Assembly: GCA_002633005.1 (NCBI GenBank)
Contig: NMRA01000194.1
Span: 206,458-270,457 of the forward strand
Source of the DNA: Phoronis australis
Lineage: Eukaryota > Animalia > Phoronida
Length of the DNA stretch: 64,000 bases
Direction of reading: 5' to 3'
Of this stretch, positions 23,001 to 38,000 are shown one piece after another. Made by a program: the position numbers and the translations under genes. The notes beneath the pieces were generated by a model. The model was not told the DNA's origin and ran no database searches. It saw nothing but the letters and a program-made list of their open reading frames with translations. Numbering within the stretch: the first letter of the stretch is position 1; each line of letters starts with the position of its first letter.

Positions 23001-26000
23001 TCACACCATTGATAGTCTGTTCACAAGGTGTGCCATGCTCCAAATTATTTTCAAAGAATGCCTTGATGTCCTTCACCTTTCTCTTAGATGACCCTTCAGT
23101 ACTTGAAACCGATCTTGAGCTGCCAGATGAGTCGTGGCGATCCCTTCGACTAGAAATCTGATCAGATAGTTTGGGTTTGGCTGGAATGGGAGGTGGGATC
23201 TTTTTCCCTGTGGGTGGAGTTAACACTGAAGCACCATTTAAACGAGACTGCTCCACTTGATTGGCAGCTGGGATCACCTCTGAGGCTGCTTTCTGATTGG
23301 CTGCATCCAACAGCATCCGCTCCAGCGAGGCAATTTTCAAAGTCATGGGTCGGGGTGAGGCAGAGAAGTCCCTGTCGATGGATACCTCTGTGCGACTATG
23401 AACAGTACTGGCAACGGAGAGGTCACTAGCTACACTGCTGAACTCATTGGAGGTATGCATGATCTGTGCACTCTCCGTGTCACTACACTCCAGCCTCACA
23501 CTATCGCTACTATCCACCATCACCTTGGTTGGTGATGACGGTGTGTCATCAAAGTCCGTTAACTCATCTTCCGTATCGCAAGCCTCGCCCTCCAACAGCT
23601 CGTCCAAAGACACGGATGACGCGATGCTCAGATGTTTCGATCGCGGAGACATCTCCCCATCCTCACCCTCTGACGTTCTTAACTCAATCTCCGGCAGACC
23701 GTCTTCGTTGGCAGTATATTTCTCCTCGAATGCATCAGTGAGTTTCATCAGTTCCCTCCCCGGTGATATATCCGGCTGAGACGTGCTACTGGTACTCAGC
23801 AGTGACTCTGGTAATGGCCGACTGGCCTCACCCGAGCCCAGTGAGGTGCATGGGGCACCATCATTCTGTCCCACATTGTCGTAGAACTCCTCCACATAAC
23901 GATATCTACACCCAGCACTGCTACCAGACCCTCTCTCTACACCTATACTGGTATGATCGCTGCTTACAATGGGCAACTTTGGCGACCGCACTCGTTCCAT
24001 GTGACCATTATTAGAGACAACTTCTACATTCTGTATTTCACTAGTGTTATGGGAGTTCCTGCTTAAGAAACCAGCTGAGTTTGTATCCATGTTGCTGGTC
24101 TCAATACCACTATGTGAGCCCCTACTCAGGCCACTAACTGAGTTCATGCTGCCTTGACTAGCCTGCCGACTATGGGATCCTCCTTGAACATAATCAACTC
24201 TTTTCATCTTCGGGCTCTCATTGGTGGCGGGGAACTCTGTCTCGATTCTTGACCCTGAAGAGACGACACTACCACTGGGGGAGCCACCACTTCCGACTTG
24301 GGACTGGTGAAGTAAGTACTGTATTTTGCTGCGCGGGGTCATGACCCCTGACTGACTAGGTGAATCCAGGGCACAGGCTTCTCTAGGCTGACCCTCTGGA
24401 CTCTCAGGGGACTCGGGGGAGTACATGCCGCCTCGGGCAGCCAACTTGTCTCTCAGCCAGATGGGGGGCTCACTCGGCTGCGGCTGGGCTGCAGCATTGT
24501 AGAGACTCTGCAATTGATAACAGCTGGAGTAAGACAGGCACAATATGGAAATGAGTTTCCAACAGTACATGTTCCAATAGTACATGTGAATCTAACAAGA
24601 ATTTCAAAGTATCCCCAAGAAAAATGAGGCAGAATCAAGATTTTATCAACAAAATCATCTCGTGGGCATTGGGAAGATCTTCAACAAATTTGAGCACCCA
24701 AGGGGTGTGTGTGTGTACTTGGACTTTGTCCTAGTCACAATTAAAATTGAACACTGCATAAGGCCATCTGCAGTCTTGATGCAGCAGCATAAACAAAACC
24801 TACAAAAACATGATTTTGCCAGCCAATGTACAAAAAAGTAACTTGAAAACACAAATAAATAATGCATGCCAATCAAAAATAAAATACAAAACATTCCAGC
24901 AAGTTAATGAGCAGTGAACATGCTTGAAAATGAGATTTTTAAATAGCAACTGATCACAGGGACTGACAACTAGTGACACCTAGCTGCCAAAGGACTGAAC
25001 TAAGGACATTACAAAGTAGACCCTATTAACCGCAAAGCCCATTATTCCTTAACTTGAAGGTGAGCCCTTATGCCATGGACTAGGAACTTTAAAAAACACT
25101 TTATAAAGCATGTTGACAGCAGGGCTCACTTGTCCTGAGCCACAGAAAGCAGTGTTCAATTGCAGCAATAGGTGTCACTTACATCTCCACCTAACAGGAA
25201 ATCTCCACTGTCCACTGAATGCATGCTATTGCCGGAGCCGTGTCTTGATTGGTTGAGAAATGAATAGGCCTGCAAGGGAGTTAGGGATGTTAGCACATGC
25301 TGGACTTGAAAGAAATGAACCTCTGCCCATGACATCATGCATTTGATCAACTAAAGAGGGCGCAGTTAGCATTAAATGTCTATATGCTACCCAATGCCTG
25401 TAAAGACTACAGTTCAATTTACACAAACTGCAAACGCGAGGAAAAATACATGAACTTAGGATACACTTGTATGCAGCTCGGCTCGTGCTCGGCTTATGTT
25501 TTCAGGATCAATGACACGTGTTTTAAGGACAGAGAAGTGTGTCTAATGTCTGTGACTCGCATTCCTTTTCTCGAGGACTTGAAATTGGCATGGATGAAAA
25601 CGAGAAATGTTTAGAACTGAATATTACTTGTGGTCTTTGGGAACAGTACGTATTTAAGAATGGCACGATTTGGGTGCAGTCACAGCAACCTCCAACTGAA
25701 TTTAATAAAAATATAGAAATGTCATTAAAAAGTTTTAAGGCGGTTTGCTAAACAATGCATCATGCTAGTCACTGCAATAAAAATAAAATCATAGTTCAAT
25801 TTGCATACAATAAATCAAACATTGCTTAATAATCACACGTTAGCACAAAGCAAGCGGCAAAAACTAAAAATTTATATGAGACACTGGAAGCTCAAGTAAG
25901 CACAGTATACCTGAGGATTGACCGGGAGACTGTGGTAGCTGTCTTGACTGCCTGACCCCTTGGAATCAGTTGACCCATTCAACTTTGACCTCATCAGTTT

Positions 26001-29000
26001 CTTGTTGGGAAATGACTAGAATTGGAACGGAAAGAGAGCTGGAATTCAATTACTCTACAGGAAAGTAAGGCAAATCCACCAATTTGGAACACAGTGTGAC
26101 AGGCAGATATGTTGCATCAAAGCATTAGTTTACCATTTCTAAGTTCAGAATATAATAAACTAGAAACACTGGTTTTCTGTTTTCAAACACAGAGAAACCT
26201 GAAAAACGTGTCACACTGAAAAAAGAACAGTGCCACGAGACAAAACAAATAATTACTTGAACAAGTCAGTTGCAAACTGATCATCGATTGATTTGTGGTC
26301 AGAATTGTGGAATTTCGTGGATTATATTTTTAATTTAATTGGTAATTAACTACCAAACATACTAGAAATATGAAATTTAATACTGAAATAGGTAAATTAC
26401 ATTCAAAACCAACTCCCTCGCATGTACACCTTTCTAATCATGAACTACATAGGCTGATCCAAACAATAGAGCCACAGAGTGGATTCTTGGAGTGAATAAG
26501 ATGGCAGGTCGCCGTAGAAATACTTCAACATTATTAACCCATTTTAGCCGTGAGCAACAGTTCAGTTTCTTTTATTACGTGTGAACTACGGTGGATAAGA
26601 TGTCATCAATACAGTACTTTAGTTACTATTAATCAAAGTACATGCTTTCTCACAAACCAAAAGATGGCAGGAAAATGTTCACATGAACTAAAGTGAATGT
26701 TATGATTCTAGATTGTCGTAATAATTGTAGATAAAATAAAACCACTATAACAACATTTTAGAACCCATACAAGTACAATGTGCAAATGTTCAGCGCTCTC
26801 TAGTCACAGCGCCTCTTACCTGCAGGAGAGAATCTGATGCGTATCTCATTCTCTGTTGAAACATGATGTTAAGCTGTTTGTTGTGAGACTCTAGATCTTT
26901 CACGCGGCCCTGTAGATTCATGCACTCCTCACGCAGACTCTATAGAGAGTAGACACGCATGTTCAGGGCGATTATACAATCAACATATGGCAAGACACAA
27001 TCCACCTGAACACCAATTTCATGATTTGCAAACAAACTACTCCGAGTCTCAAGGATTCAGAATTCAATGTTTCTAGACAAGCCACAATTACCTCTCACTT
27101 ATCAGTAGTTTGTTAAAGCTGACCGAGCAGTGGTTAATAACCGAGAACGCCTATAAACCAATGAATGTCAAATAAGTAACATACTATTAAGCTCGGTAAA
27201 TTTTAGTTACCAACACTTTCAAAAGCCAACAAAACATACCTTTTGAAAAATTACAGACTTCATTTTATGAACAGTATTCTCTTTATAGGTTATTTTAACT
27301 GACATTCTCAGAAAACTTTAGAAGGAGCATTTGCCGTACAAATTCCAACGCCATAGTGTACATTTTAAAGGCTTTGAAAAATGTTGATATTAATGAAAAC
27401 GGACCAGTCAGCAAGACAATTTACAGTTGGTGAAAACAACAAAATCAAGACGAGTCATGTCAAAATAAAACAACAAAAACAACAAAATATCTTAAAAATT
27501 AGCATTGTTGTCAAGTTAGTTTATAGCGTCATCAAACCCGTGCTTTCAGTCAAAAGCCAAGCTTTGATTTAGGCAACTTATCGTTATGAAATTGCTCTCA
27601 AATTGTTCCTTAGTCAAATTATATGTGACGTCTGGATTTGTAAAGAACGTGAATGTTCTTCATTCCGTTTAGAAGCGTTCTCTGGACTTGAAAAGAACTG
27701 CAGTCTGCTATTTCGCCAGGGACGAAGCTCGTAAAATTTCAGGTAATGTTGTGATTGGCAATTTAACGAGCTTGGCCTGAGGTAATAACAAAATGTTTTT
27801 TTCCAAGCTCAGAGATCACTTCTAAATGGAGTAATGCATGAGACAAAACCAATTTTACAATATGGTAAGTGGATAAAATCGGAACACGTTTATTGACAAA
27901 GTATGGGTTTAATGTCGCTTTAAATATAAAATAAAACAATAACTTTGTGTAAGTAAAATTATTATTAACCTTGAAGTGCAGGCTTGTGAATCTCGTGCGA
28001 ATCTGTTAAATCAATATGTAATGTCCACGCAAATAAGTCTAACACGTATCATTGAAATGGAATTCAGAGTTAAAACCAGCAATGGTCAAATTTTAATGAT
28101 GAGAGGAGCCAGTGTGGCCCTCTGGGTTGAGAGTCCCATTTCCTGTTCTTAATGTCGTGGGTTCAAATCTCACTAGATGGCACTGCTAGACGCTTGAGTA
28201 CCTCAGTCTCTAATTCAACCCTCAGCCCGGACTAAATTTGTGTATACCTGTATATGTTAATAAACAAGAAAATGGGCAGCCAGTGAAAGCCTGATGCAAC
28301 GTGTATCGGATCACCAGCTGGCCTTTATGCAGGGTATGGCCTGGATGCCCTAGCACTAATTTGGACGCCCTGGCAAGGACGCCCAATGTATCATTTGGAC
28401 ACCCACTGTCAATAGGAACCTTTCATGTTTGGACTCGCACATTGAAATGAATACTAGGAAGTCTCTGAAGGCTCACAGTGGGGACTCTTTTTTTCAAAGC
28501 AGGAAGAAATATACAATGTACATACAAAGTATCTACAATGTTGCTACGCTGGCACTTGGTTGATAGCATTGTAAAAGTCTTGGTCTACAGTTTGTTTTAG
28601 TAAAAATGCTCACTACAGAAGGCTGTTTTTTAAACTTTGATGTAAAAACCTTGGTCTGTGTATTTTTTGTAAAAAAATCTGTGTTTGGGGGGGATTGCTG
28701 GGGGTGGGGGGGTTTACGCATCGGAATCATGGACGTCCTGGAATATTGGGAACCCCATTTTGGACACCCTATTTTCGAAATCCTGGATAAAGGCCTGATC
28801 ACCAGCACTATTTATTTTAAAACTAATGATGTGCTGGAAGTCAAATGTGGTCTAGCAACTTTGTCAACTTCTATTAAAACATTAAGACAAGTGGCATTTG
28901 TGTTTCAGCAGCCTTTTGGTCTTTCAGAACATCTCCAAGGACGCCAGCATGTAATGAAGCCCAAGTAAGAATGATTCCTCTTTCGGCCTCACGACGACAA

Positions 29001-32000
29001 AGAAATATTAAAATGGAGAAATGAGTAATTATTTCCACAATGAATGAATGACAGAGAGCTTTTGGACAATTCCTTCATTACTGATCAACAAACTTAAATT
29101 TCTATTTTGAACAGTTTTCTACGTTTAAATCATCACAAAATGACATGGTCAAATTAAATACACATACAAACAGCACTTTCCAAAAATTCAGTTTTTCTAA
29201 CACACGTGAGAATTTTCTGCTGAAAAACATGGAAGCTATTGCGGAGAGGACACGCTGTATTTACCTTCTGAGTGAGGAGAGCCTGTACGACCTGATTGGC
29301 TATCTCGTCCAGGCATTTCTCATACTGTGCCCTCTGGTTCTCATTCTCCAGAACCAGTGAGGAGTTCTCCGTCTCCATGCTACGCAGCCGTTCCAGAAGT
29401 AACTTAGACTTTTCACTGTCATGCGTTAGACCAGGCTAAAACATTTAGTAACAGACACATTCTAACTACAGTGGGTTAGCTCTGTTATCAAAATAGCGCT
29501 AACAATATCAGTCATGAACATTCATCGTGACATAATGCATTTCAACGTATTTAGTGATTGAAGAAAATTAAAATAAACTAAAATTTCATACATTAAAATA
29601 ATAACATCCTCGAAGTGCACTGAAAATATAAGGAAAGAAAACAAAGTAAACGGAATCTCAGAGATATGATCGTGAGTAGAGCCATTTAAAAAATATGTTC
29701 GAAGCATAAATAAAAAGACAAAACTTTGTCTTAACAAAAATCACTATCACAGTTGCATCGAGCATGCAAAATTTAATTTATGGCCTATTTCTCAGTCATC
29801 AGAAGTCTGAGTACAACTCTAAAATACTTTAAACTGACAATACGTCACCATAGAGAATAGATATACCACCTCAGTAACAGTATCACAGCTTCAGCATTAA
29901 CACTCGAAAATATTTGTTAACGTTAGAGACCCACTATCAAAAAAATGAAAAATTCATTTGCGCAAACCTAAAATTAGATTTTACCCATTTAGTAAATCAG
30001 GAAATCCTATTTTGGCATTTCAAACTCAAGGAATAACTGCCACAAAATTATTTGGGAATTGCCAAATAACACTTTCCACTAAATTTTTGTCGCAACTCAG
30101 TTTTCACAACTTGCTGCACACTATGTAGATTATCTAACAACCAAAAACAAAAAACATAAAACAGCGCCACCTTCGGAATGAATGCACAACTACTGCAAAA
30201 TGTCTGTAGATCCACTTGTGGCCAGAAATTATCTACTAGGTTAACATATCTGATGAATCATATTCTTCCAAAAAATATTAACAGTTATCAAGTCTACTGC
30301 TGAAATGTGTGAATTGCGTTTGAAATGTAGAATTCCATGAAAGATTCAACTTAGATACCGTAAGTCCGTCTGTCAACAGTTACGGCAGAAAACTAAGGTC
30401 TCTATAACATGCAGCCACAGAATACCAACCTGACGCACTCTGTAGTCCAAATCATGCTTGCAATAGAAACAGGAGGATTGCTGAAAGCAGATAAAGCATG
30501 CTATTTACACGACTTCGTACTTAAATGATTTTCATACAGATCCATAATTTAATCTCATTTTCATATATCGTAAGTATTTCTCAATACATGAAATCCACAA
30601 AATCATTACAGTGTTCCCCAATGACCCCAACTTTTTTGATCGGTTGGCGAGTGAACAAGTTGAGAGGATGATTAGCATAGCCAGTATCTTACACAGCTGA
30701 TTAACTCTATTCTGGTACTTATGGTTCGAGGGCCAGCTCTCTTTTGCTCGATAACTGACCTATCGCAAGCTCTGTCCCCTTGCGAAAAGTCACGTGACAT
30801 CCAACAAACAAACAAACAATAAGTTTTACCGGGCAACGTGTTGTGTGTCGGGTAAAATGGCAGATTGGAAAAAAGGTTGTGTCAAGAAGGCTGCGTTCTG
30901 ATAGGTCAGTTAAGCTGTCACACTCAAAATCCTGGTGATAGATGTATTCTATCCGAACGCATACAAATGCATTGGGTTTGACTGTGTTCATACGCGGTCA
31001 GCAATAAGGTACAACCACTATATTTTCATAACACTTACATCTAAGATACAGATACATAAGTCTCATATTTGATCCAATACGTTGGTTTCTAGCAGTATAA
31101 ATGACTTTAATAAAGATCTTACACCTGGTGTGTTGGTTTTACTGAATTACGTGCATTACTATCATGGTCAAATTGATTGCAAATCTAACATCACATGGTT
31201 CGTATATGTTACGATTTCCGTGTGCAGTTAGCCTGGTTTCGCCAAAACATGAAGATGTGTTGTGAATACGCATTCAACTTTCCCTTAAAACACAGGTGTT
31301 CATGCTCAAACTATGAGCGAGCTTACTGGAGCTCATAAAACCGGACAAAGAATTTTTATTTTAATTTTTTCTGATATAGAAATTTCCAATTTAATTTAAA
31401 ATTTTACAAAAATAGAACTTTTTAAATTCTTCATCCGGATTCCTGAAATTTGACTTTATTTTTGTGTAAAAATAACCTTCACACCCCTTGATAGGGCATA
31501 TCCTATGTGTGCAAAGACGGCAAACTTAGTCACTTGCGGGTGCCATGAATTTTGAACTAAAGGTGGAAAGCCAACGTCCCATGGAGTATCAAAATGCACT
31601 TGAAGTCCGTGCAAACTTTTGGAATTAGGATACTGAGGGTTTCAGGATCTATTAATGTGAGTTTTATTTGACAAATTAAATTTTAACATGGATAAAAAAA
31701 ATTTAAACTTGGACGTTCAGCACAACAAAATCACCGATCCGAAAACAAAATAGGACCAGCTATGACAGAAGGTGGAGCTCTAAATGAAACGAGCCGCTAG
31801 GATCCGTTCCACAGTAATGCATACATTTTTAGGAAAACTCCAGAACTAGTCATCCTAAAAAGCTGCACAGTGAAACAAACAGGTGGAGCGGCTTTTCGTT
31901 ACTGAACAAACAGCTTGAGAGCACCTCGACTTCTTGAAGTTAATAATGCTTGCTGGAGTCCACTCCCTACTGAAGCTAAATGTTTCATGGAACAAGTCCC

Positions 32001-35000
32001 AAAGGTAATTCCAATACAATGGTTATTGACAAACCCAGAAAACATGGCCATAATTTATTCATTGTTGTACTACTGTTACCTGATGGCCAAAGTAGTTCTG
32101 CCAGGTTTCAGTAACCCTTTGAAGCCTGGTAGATAATTGGCCTGCCTGTTGTCATACCAGACAAAAGACTGTGCTTGGCAGTTAACAAAGGAGCTAACAT
32201 TCACAACCACTCTATGTCTAATAAAGACACTGAACAAGAGAACACTCTAATAGCTAGCAGAACTGCAAGGGTAGTTTTCTATTTCATACACAATGGCAAA
32301 ACTTCCACCTTTTCCTAAAACAAAAAATTGCCCTTAAGGGTCAAAACTGTTCCTGAAAGAGTATATGGCGTTTTAGAATTTTAGTAACCCATCAAAATCA
32401 GCCACTCACAACTTTCAGTAGTCGTTTCATTAGCTAACACAACACGGGTCAAGATTATCAAAGTTTACTCAAGACTCGGCATAAAAATTATCAAATCACG
32501 TGACTTGCTTCAAATGTACAAATTTCGTACTAGTGTGACTGGACAATTTTTAGTGAGACCTGAAATGAGTTTGGCAGCCTCAGTCAGTTGAAACTCACCT
32601 GTGATTCGAGTTTCTGTACCTGGCCAATCAGTACCATGTTTTCATGCTCCAATTTCCCAACATGCTCACGGTACTTCTGTAAGCTATTCTGTGATTGGAC
32701 AAAAGCATACAGCATTAGACAGTAAATGGCACTTGAACAAAACTTCCACAACATGCCATAACCACAAGGCACTGTTTACTGGGATTACCTGAATGCAAAA
32801 TAAGGGTATATTCCTTTCTGCGCTAACACCACCTAGTGGACACTGAGTTCCTCAATGATATCATTTACATAAATGTAACCAACAAAAAGTTATCAATACA
32901 ACTTCATTTTCAACCAAAGCCAAGTTAGAGTGCATCGAGCGTAATGCAACAATCTCACCGTGGCTTATCAGGAAGATGAGAATGTAAAACATGGTGGCAG
33001 GAAGTGAAATTGGGTCAGAGTTAGTGAAAAGTTCTGATCCACAACATCAGCACCATGATTCAAGCCATTCAAGCCCGGCTTGCATGCAGACGTGTAGACG
33101 AATTAAGCTACGAACAAACTAATATGGAGACCTAGATTTTCAACTCCAAAACAGAAATACAGTTAACCAGGAAAAGAACAGTGCCACCTTCAGGAAGACT
33201 GAACAACTACTTGAAAATGTCTGTTGCAAAGCCATAGTTGATCATTGGATACAAGTTTAAGGTAATTATATTTGTAATTTTTGAAAACTAAAAAATGAAA
33301 AATAAAAAATATTACAATAATGAAATCTACTAGAAACATGTAAATTCCATTCAAAGCCTCCAAATCCATGAGAAAAGTCCGTTTTCCATTGCGGAAAATC
33401 GCATATCTAACCTAATAATTTACACAATACAGCGTAAAGCCGCGCATCAGTGTTATAACACAGCATTATAGTGACACGCTGCCGTGGGTACACACCTCAT
33501 AGGAGCAGGAGAGACTGGCTTTCTCCTGCTTCAGTTGTTCAATCTTGGACTTGTACTGCACCATACTACGCACCATGTCCTCCATCCTGAAATGCACAAC
33601 AACGGAACGCATTAAGACTAGCCAAAATATTGTAAAAAGTCTCTAGATTGGGAGTCTATTGAATTTGGGACACGTAAATTCCCGTAAAAATTACTTTTTT
33701 TTGTTCTGGAATTTGGGAGAAGGGCAATTTTGGCGTTCACCACATTTCTCAAAATTTTGGGCAACGCTTTTTCAATCTACAGAGTGTACAATTTTGCCTT
33801 CTTTCCAGTGATTCCTGAATTGGAGATGGCCGATATTGCCCATCTTTAAAATTTGGGACAAGCTCTGGGCCCTTTCCAGGAAAACTGACTTAGCTAAGTC
33901 AAATCTTAAATTTCAGTCAATTTTACGATAAAATTTAAATTTGTCTCAAGTCCGTTTCAAGAAAGAGACCTTAAGTTTGAATTAAGCTTTTAACTTAAGT
34001 TTGACTATCTTACCTGGTGTGGAAGTTTCAAACTTTGGAAGTTGAGACAAATCTTAGATTTAAGTAAAAAATGAACTTAAGCCACTTTCTTGGAATAGGC
34101 CCTTGACCTTGAGCAAATTATTTTTTCACTGTCCCAAATTGGAAAATTTTAATAACTTCTTGAAATGCCCCTGAGGTGGTGATGTAACAACATTTCTAAA
34201 GTCTATTGGTTTATTTACACCAACCTCTGACCTATTTACATTAAGCACAATTTAACAGGGTCGATGTAAACAGGCTAGAGGCTGGCATAAATAGACAAAG
34301 AAATTTTAGAAATGATGTTAAACTTGACAAAGACCTGGACATTAGAAATCACGAACCTGTTTCCAACAAGACATTAACGTGCAAAACAAATAATTAATGG
34401 TAATAAAACAGTAAAATCACCACAACACAATCTCTGAAAGAGCAGAAGGGTCCACAGTTCTACCAGGAGTCACTCCTACCCTTGAACCATATTTGATACT
34501 CCAAATCTGAGACAACCACAAGGAAGTGACCTCCCCCCTCCCATATTGTGAAAGGCCCTGAAATAACCTCGTGTCTTCAATGCTTCATTAATTCATCGTG
34601 GAAAGTTGTTTTACAAATTTTGTCTACAGGACGTGGCAAGTGTAACATAGCATAACTAGCAATGAGCTTAGATATTGAAAATACCAGAACTAATGCACTA
34701 TATAACCAAGATATCATTATACCAAGTGTAACATAGCATAACTAGCAATGAGCTTAGATATTGAAAATACCACAACTAATGCATTATGTAACCAAGATAT
34801 CATTATAACAAGTGTAACATAGCATAACTAGCAATGAGCTTAGATATTGAAAATACCACAACTAATGCACTATATAACCAAGATATCATTATACCAAGTA
34901 CACTTACTACACATCTGGCGCTCTTTTAACCCTGAGGTTATAATGTCTAAGTGGTATGTCGGAAGACAGTCACTTGAATAACGTGATTGCAATGGGTAGT

Positions 35001-38000
35001 ATGCAATCCTTGTCATTTGTGAATAACCGCACAATTAATCACAAAGACACTGGTAATACGCATTACTCACAACTCAATTAACATTCCACCAATAGCATTT
35101 TTTCTAATACTATGCCGATATGAGATGACAATAGTTTGGCCTTCTACAATTCACATGGGATGTAGGTAGAAATTTTCACAGTAAAAATTCTCCAGTTTAG
35201 AACAATGAAAAACTAATAATTTTGGTCAAGGTCGGAGCTTGCACCAAATTTTAGAAATAGGAAATATTGACCCTTCCAAACTGAATAATTAAGATCAAAG
35301 ATAAAAAATCATTCACCATACTATAGGGATACCTGAAAATGTTGCATCGGTCACTAGTCTTCATGATTACATGAAATGCCCAATCTTTTTGATACAAAAC
35401 GCAGAGTCTGATATTCTGAGAAATATGACGAACACCAAAATCGCCCATGCCCCAATCTTCAGTATCAAGAAAATTCAATTTCGTCTTGAATTTTGGATTC
35501 CAAACTTCAGAGACTGACCCAAACTAAAGAAACTTGAAAGTAAATTTGTAATTTTGCAGTGTTTTTAGCATCCTTTGAGCTCATCACGCTGTCAAATTAC
35601 CATTGCTGTGAGATGGAACATTCACATGACTTATGCAAATATCTGCGGTTGAAAAGGGTTATATTTCTTCCAGACTATCTTGATCCCCGCGGACTAACAG
35701 ACTGCGAGACTAGAAGAACCATCAGCCGCTTTCCTGATGTTATTACACTAAAGAGCTTTTAAGTCCACTGTTTGCATTTGTCATATCCCAAACACAAATG
35801 GCTTAACTCGCTTCCGAGCAAATTTCTGCGAAACGGTGACAGGTGGTGGATGACTAAATGAGATCATTTTTTATTAATTACCAATCAAAAACATTATTGC
35901 AGCCAGTTCGAAACCATCAACTAAATCCTAATCCTTTGGCTATGAAGGAGCAATCTGTATAACTGGATTAGCAATCTGTCGCCACGAAAACACCGAGTTT
36001 GCAAAAGATTCATTTTGGTAAAACAATGTGTGGAAATCTCAAAATTCTAAACTGAACCGTTTCCAAGACGCTTTGCTCTGAACGTCACGTGAAGAAATAG
36101 AAACTTGGAAGACCAGGTGAATTTTCACCGTTTTGACACAAACAGCAACTTCCACGTGAAAGCTTATCCATTTCCACATTAAAAATACGAATGCCAGACA
36201 AGTATGTTTTCCTATGAAAGCATTTCCACAACCCTAAATGACGTTTACACATTCCAGCAACCAAATATTAGCATGTTGTTCTAAATCATGTACATCTCAG
36301 AAGAACTAAGTAATTCCTCAATGTTGGAAATCAAGGTCTTACTGCAAATAACAAGAATTTCCTCGTCTTCTCATACTACCTCATTCATCTTTCAGTAGAC
36401 CCTTCCAGTATTACCCACACCCATGTCTCAAAGACAAATTTCGGGTAATCACCCTCAATTTCGCCTCGTACCATGAGGGTAATTACCCACAATTCCTCAG
36501 ACTGAGCACAGATAGGAGGAAGTGTCAAAATATCAGTTCACCTACTTTGCCATGTCTTCCTGCAGGTTGTGTAGTCGTGCTTTACAAGCGTCGCTCTCTA
36601 TTGTCACTTCATGAAGTCTTCGTTCCGCCTCAATTCGCAGTCGCCGTTCATGCTCAAACTCTTTCACATAACCTTCGCGCTAAAATGACCAACGGTAAAA
36701 TAATGTAGAGCTGCTGAATCGCAGTCTGAAATGAAACAATCTCTCGCTTGGCATTATCAACTCATATAGGAGATACAAAATTATTCGGACAAAAATTCAT
36801 CTCCGTATTTACAGGCAGCAAACTGACATCATTTTAGCAAAAGACAGGTGAAATCTTTTTATTGATTTTATCTAGGAAACAAAATCCTTATAAAGATTTT
36901 TTTCTTTGAATCTGTCCAGAGTTGGTTGTTACGCTCAAATAAATAATAAGAATGGCCGCGAGACATACTGTGCACTACCTGCAGAGATATATACACCTTT
37001 ATACTTTGCTACGGACAGCCCGAGTTAGCTCTGTGGAGACACAGATTCATTGAGCTGTATGCATGGACAAAGTTAGCATGCTGTAAGGTTGGGAGTCTCT
37101 AGAGAGGGCGACTAAATCAACAACCATTCAAGCACAAAATGCAATTGGAGAAAGCTTCTAATTGGCAACAGGGCTCTCTCATTGGAAAATAACTTGAAAC
37201 TGTTTCATTTCACTAATAATACACAGTCTTACAGTCGTAATTCCTCACTTTTGTCAAGACGGGATAAAAACACTAGTACTGTTTTTTCTCAAAATGCAGG
37301 AAAGGTTATCCCCAAACATTTTACTCATCTACCAGGAATGACTGTTTCAAAGTCACAGTGCAGTGCCACCTATCCACAGACCCCAGTGTCATTCCACTTC
37401 AAATAGTTTCCCAAATCTCATCTTAACTATACAGTCCTTCTTCATCACCTACACTGTTGCACAGTGACCTCTCCACTTGACCTTAACACTAGAACCAATC
37501 AACTCACCTGACTTAAAGCTAAAAAATGATGGATCGGTCCACTAAAGTATTATGGGGGAGTTATTGCAAAATTTAATCCAAAAAGAATGACCTTTAATCT
37601 TACCAACGGCATATCTAAACTAAATACGCCAACTCGGACAGATCGATCCAGTTAATGGATAAGAGGGAGCTTGACCATTCACTAATTTGAACCTAGGATT
37701 CAAAAGTCATGCCAAGCAGAACTCATGAGAAGATCCTTCACCTGGCTAATGCCACATGAAACAAACCAATACATCATTCCTACATGATTTCAGGTGCAAC
37801 ACACGTATTCATCAAGTGAATGTACCAAAACAAGAAGAATGTAAAGGATGGTCCACAGCATGACCTGCTGTACTTCTATATTTACATACAATACACAACT
37901 GCAAGAGTTGAAGCTAATTATGAACTACCTCACTAATTAAGTTTATTCATCAGTCTACTGCTAATAAACCAGTGGTTGCCTCTGCTTTGTAAACAGTCGT

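Noticed and set aside
22484-24014. Plus-strand ORFs overlapping the large exons (also 19081-20170 and 7465-7653)
   Set aside because: Antisense shadows of the real minus-strand coding exons.
37508-37518. 11-nt microexon candidate (and a 5-nt candidate at ~41994-41998)
   Set aside because: Not frame-preserving between exons A and B; kept only as possible orphan donors of non-coding first exons.
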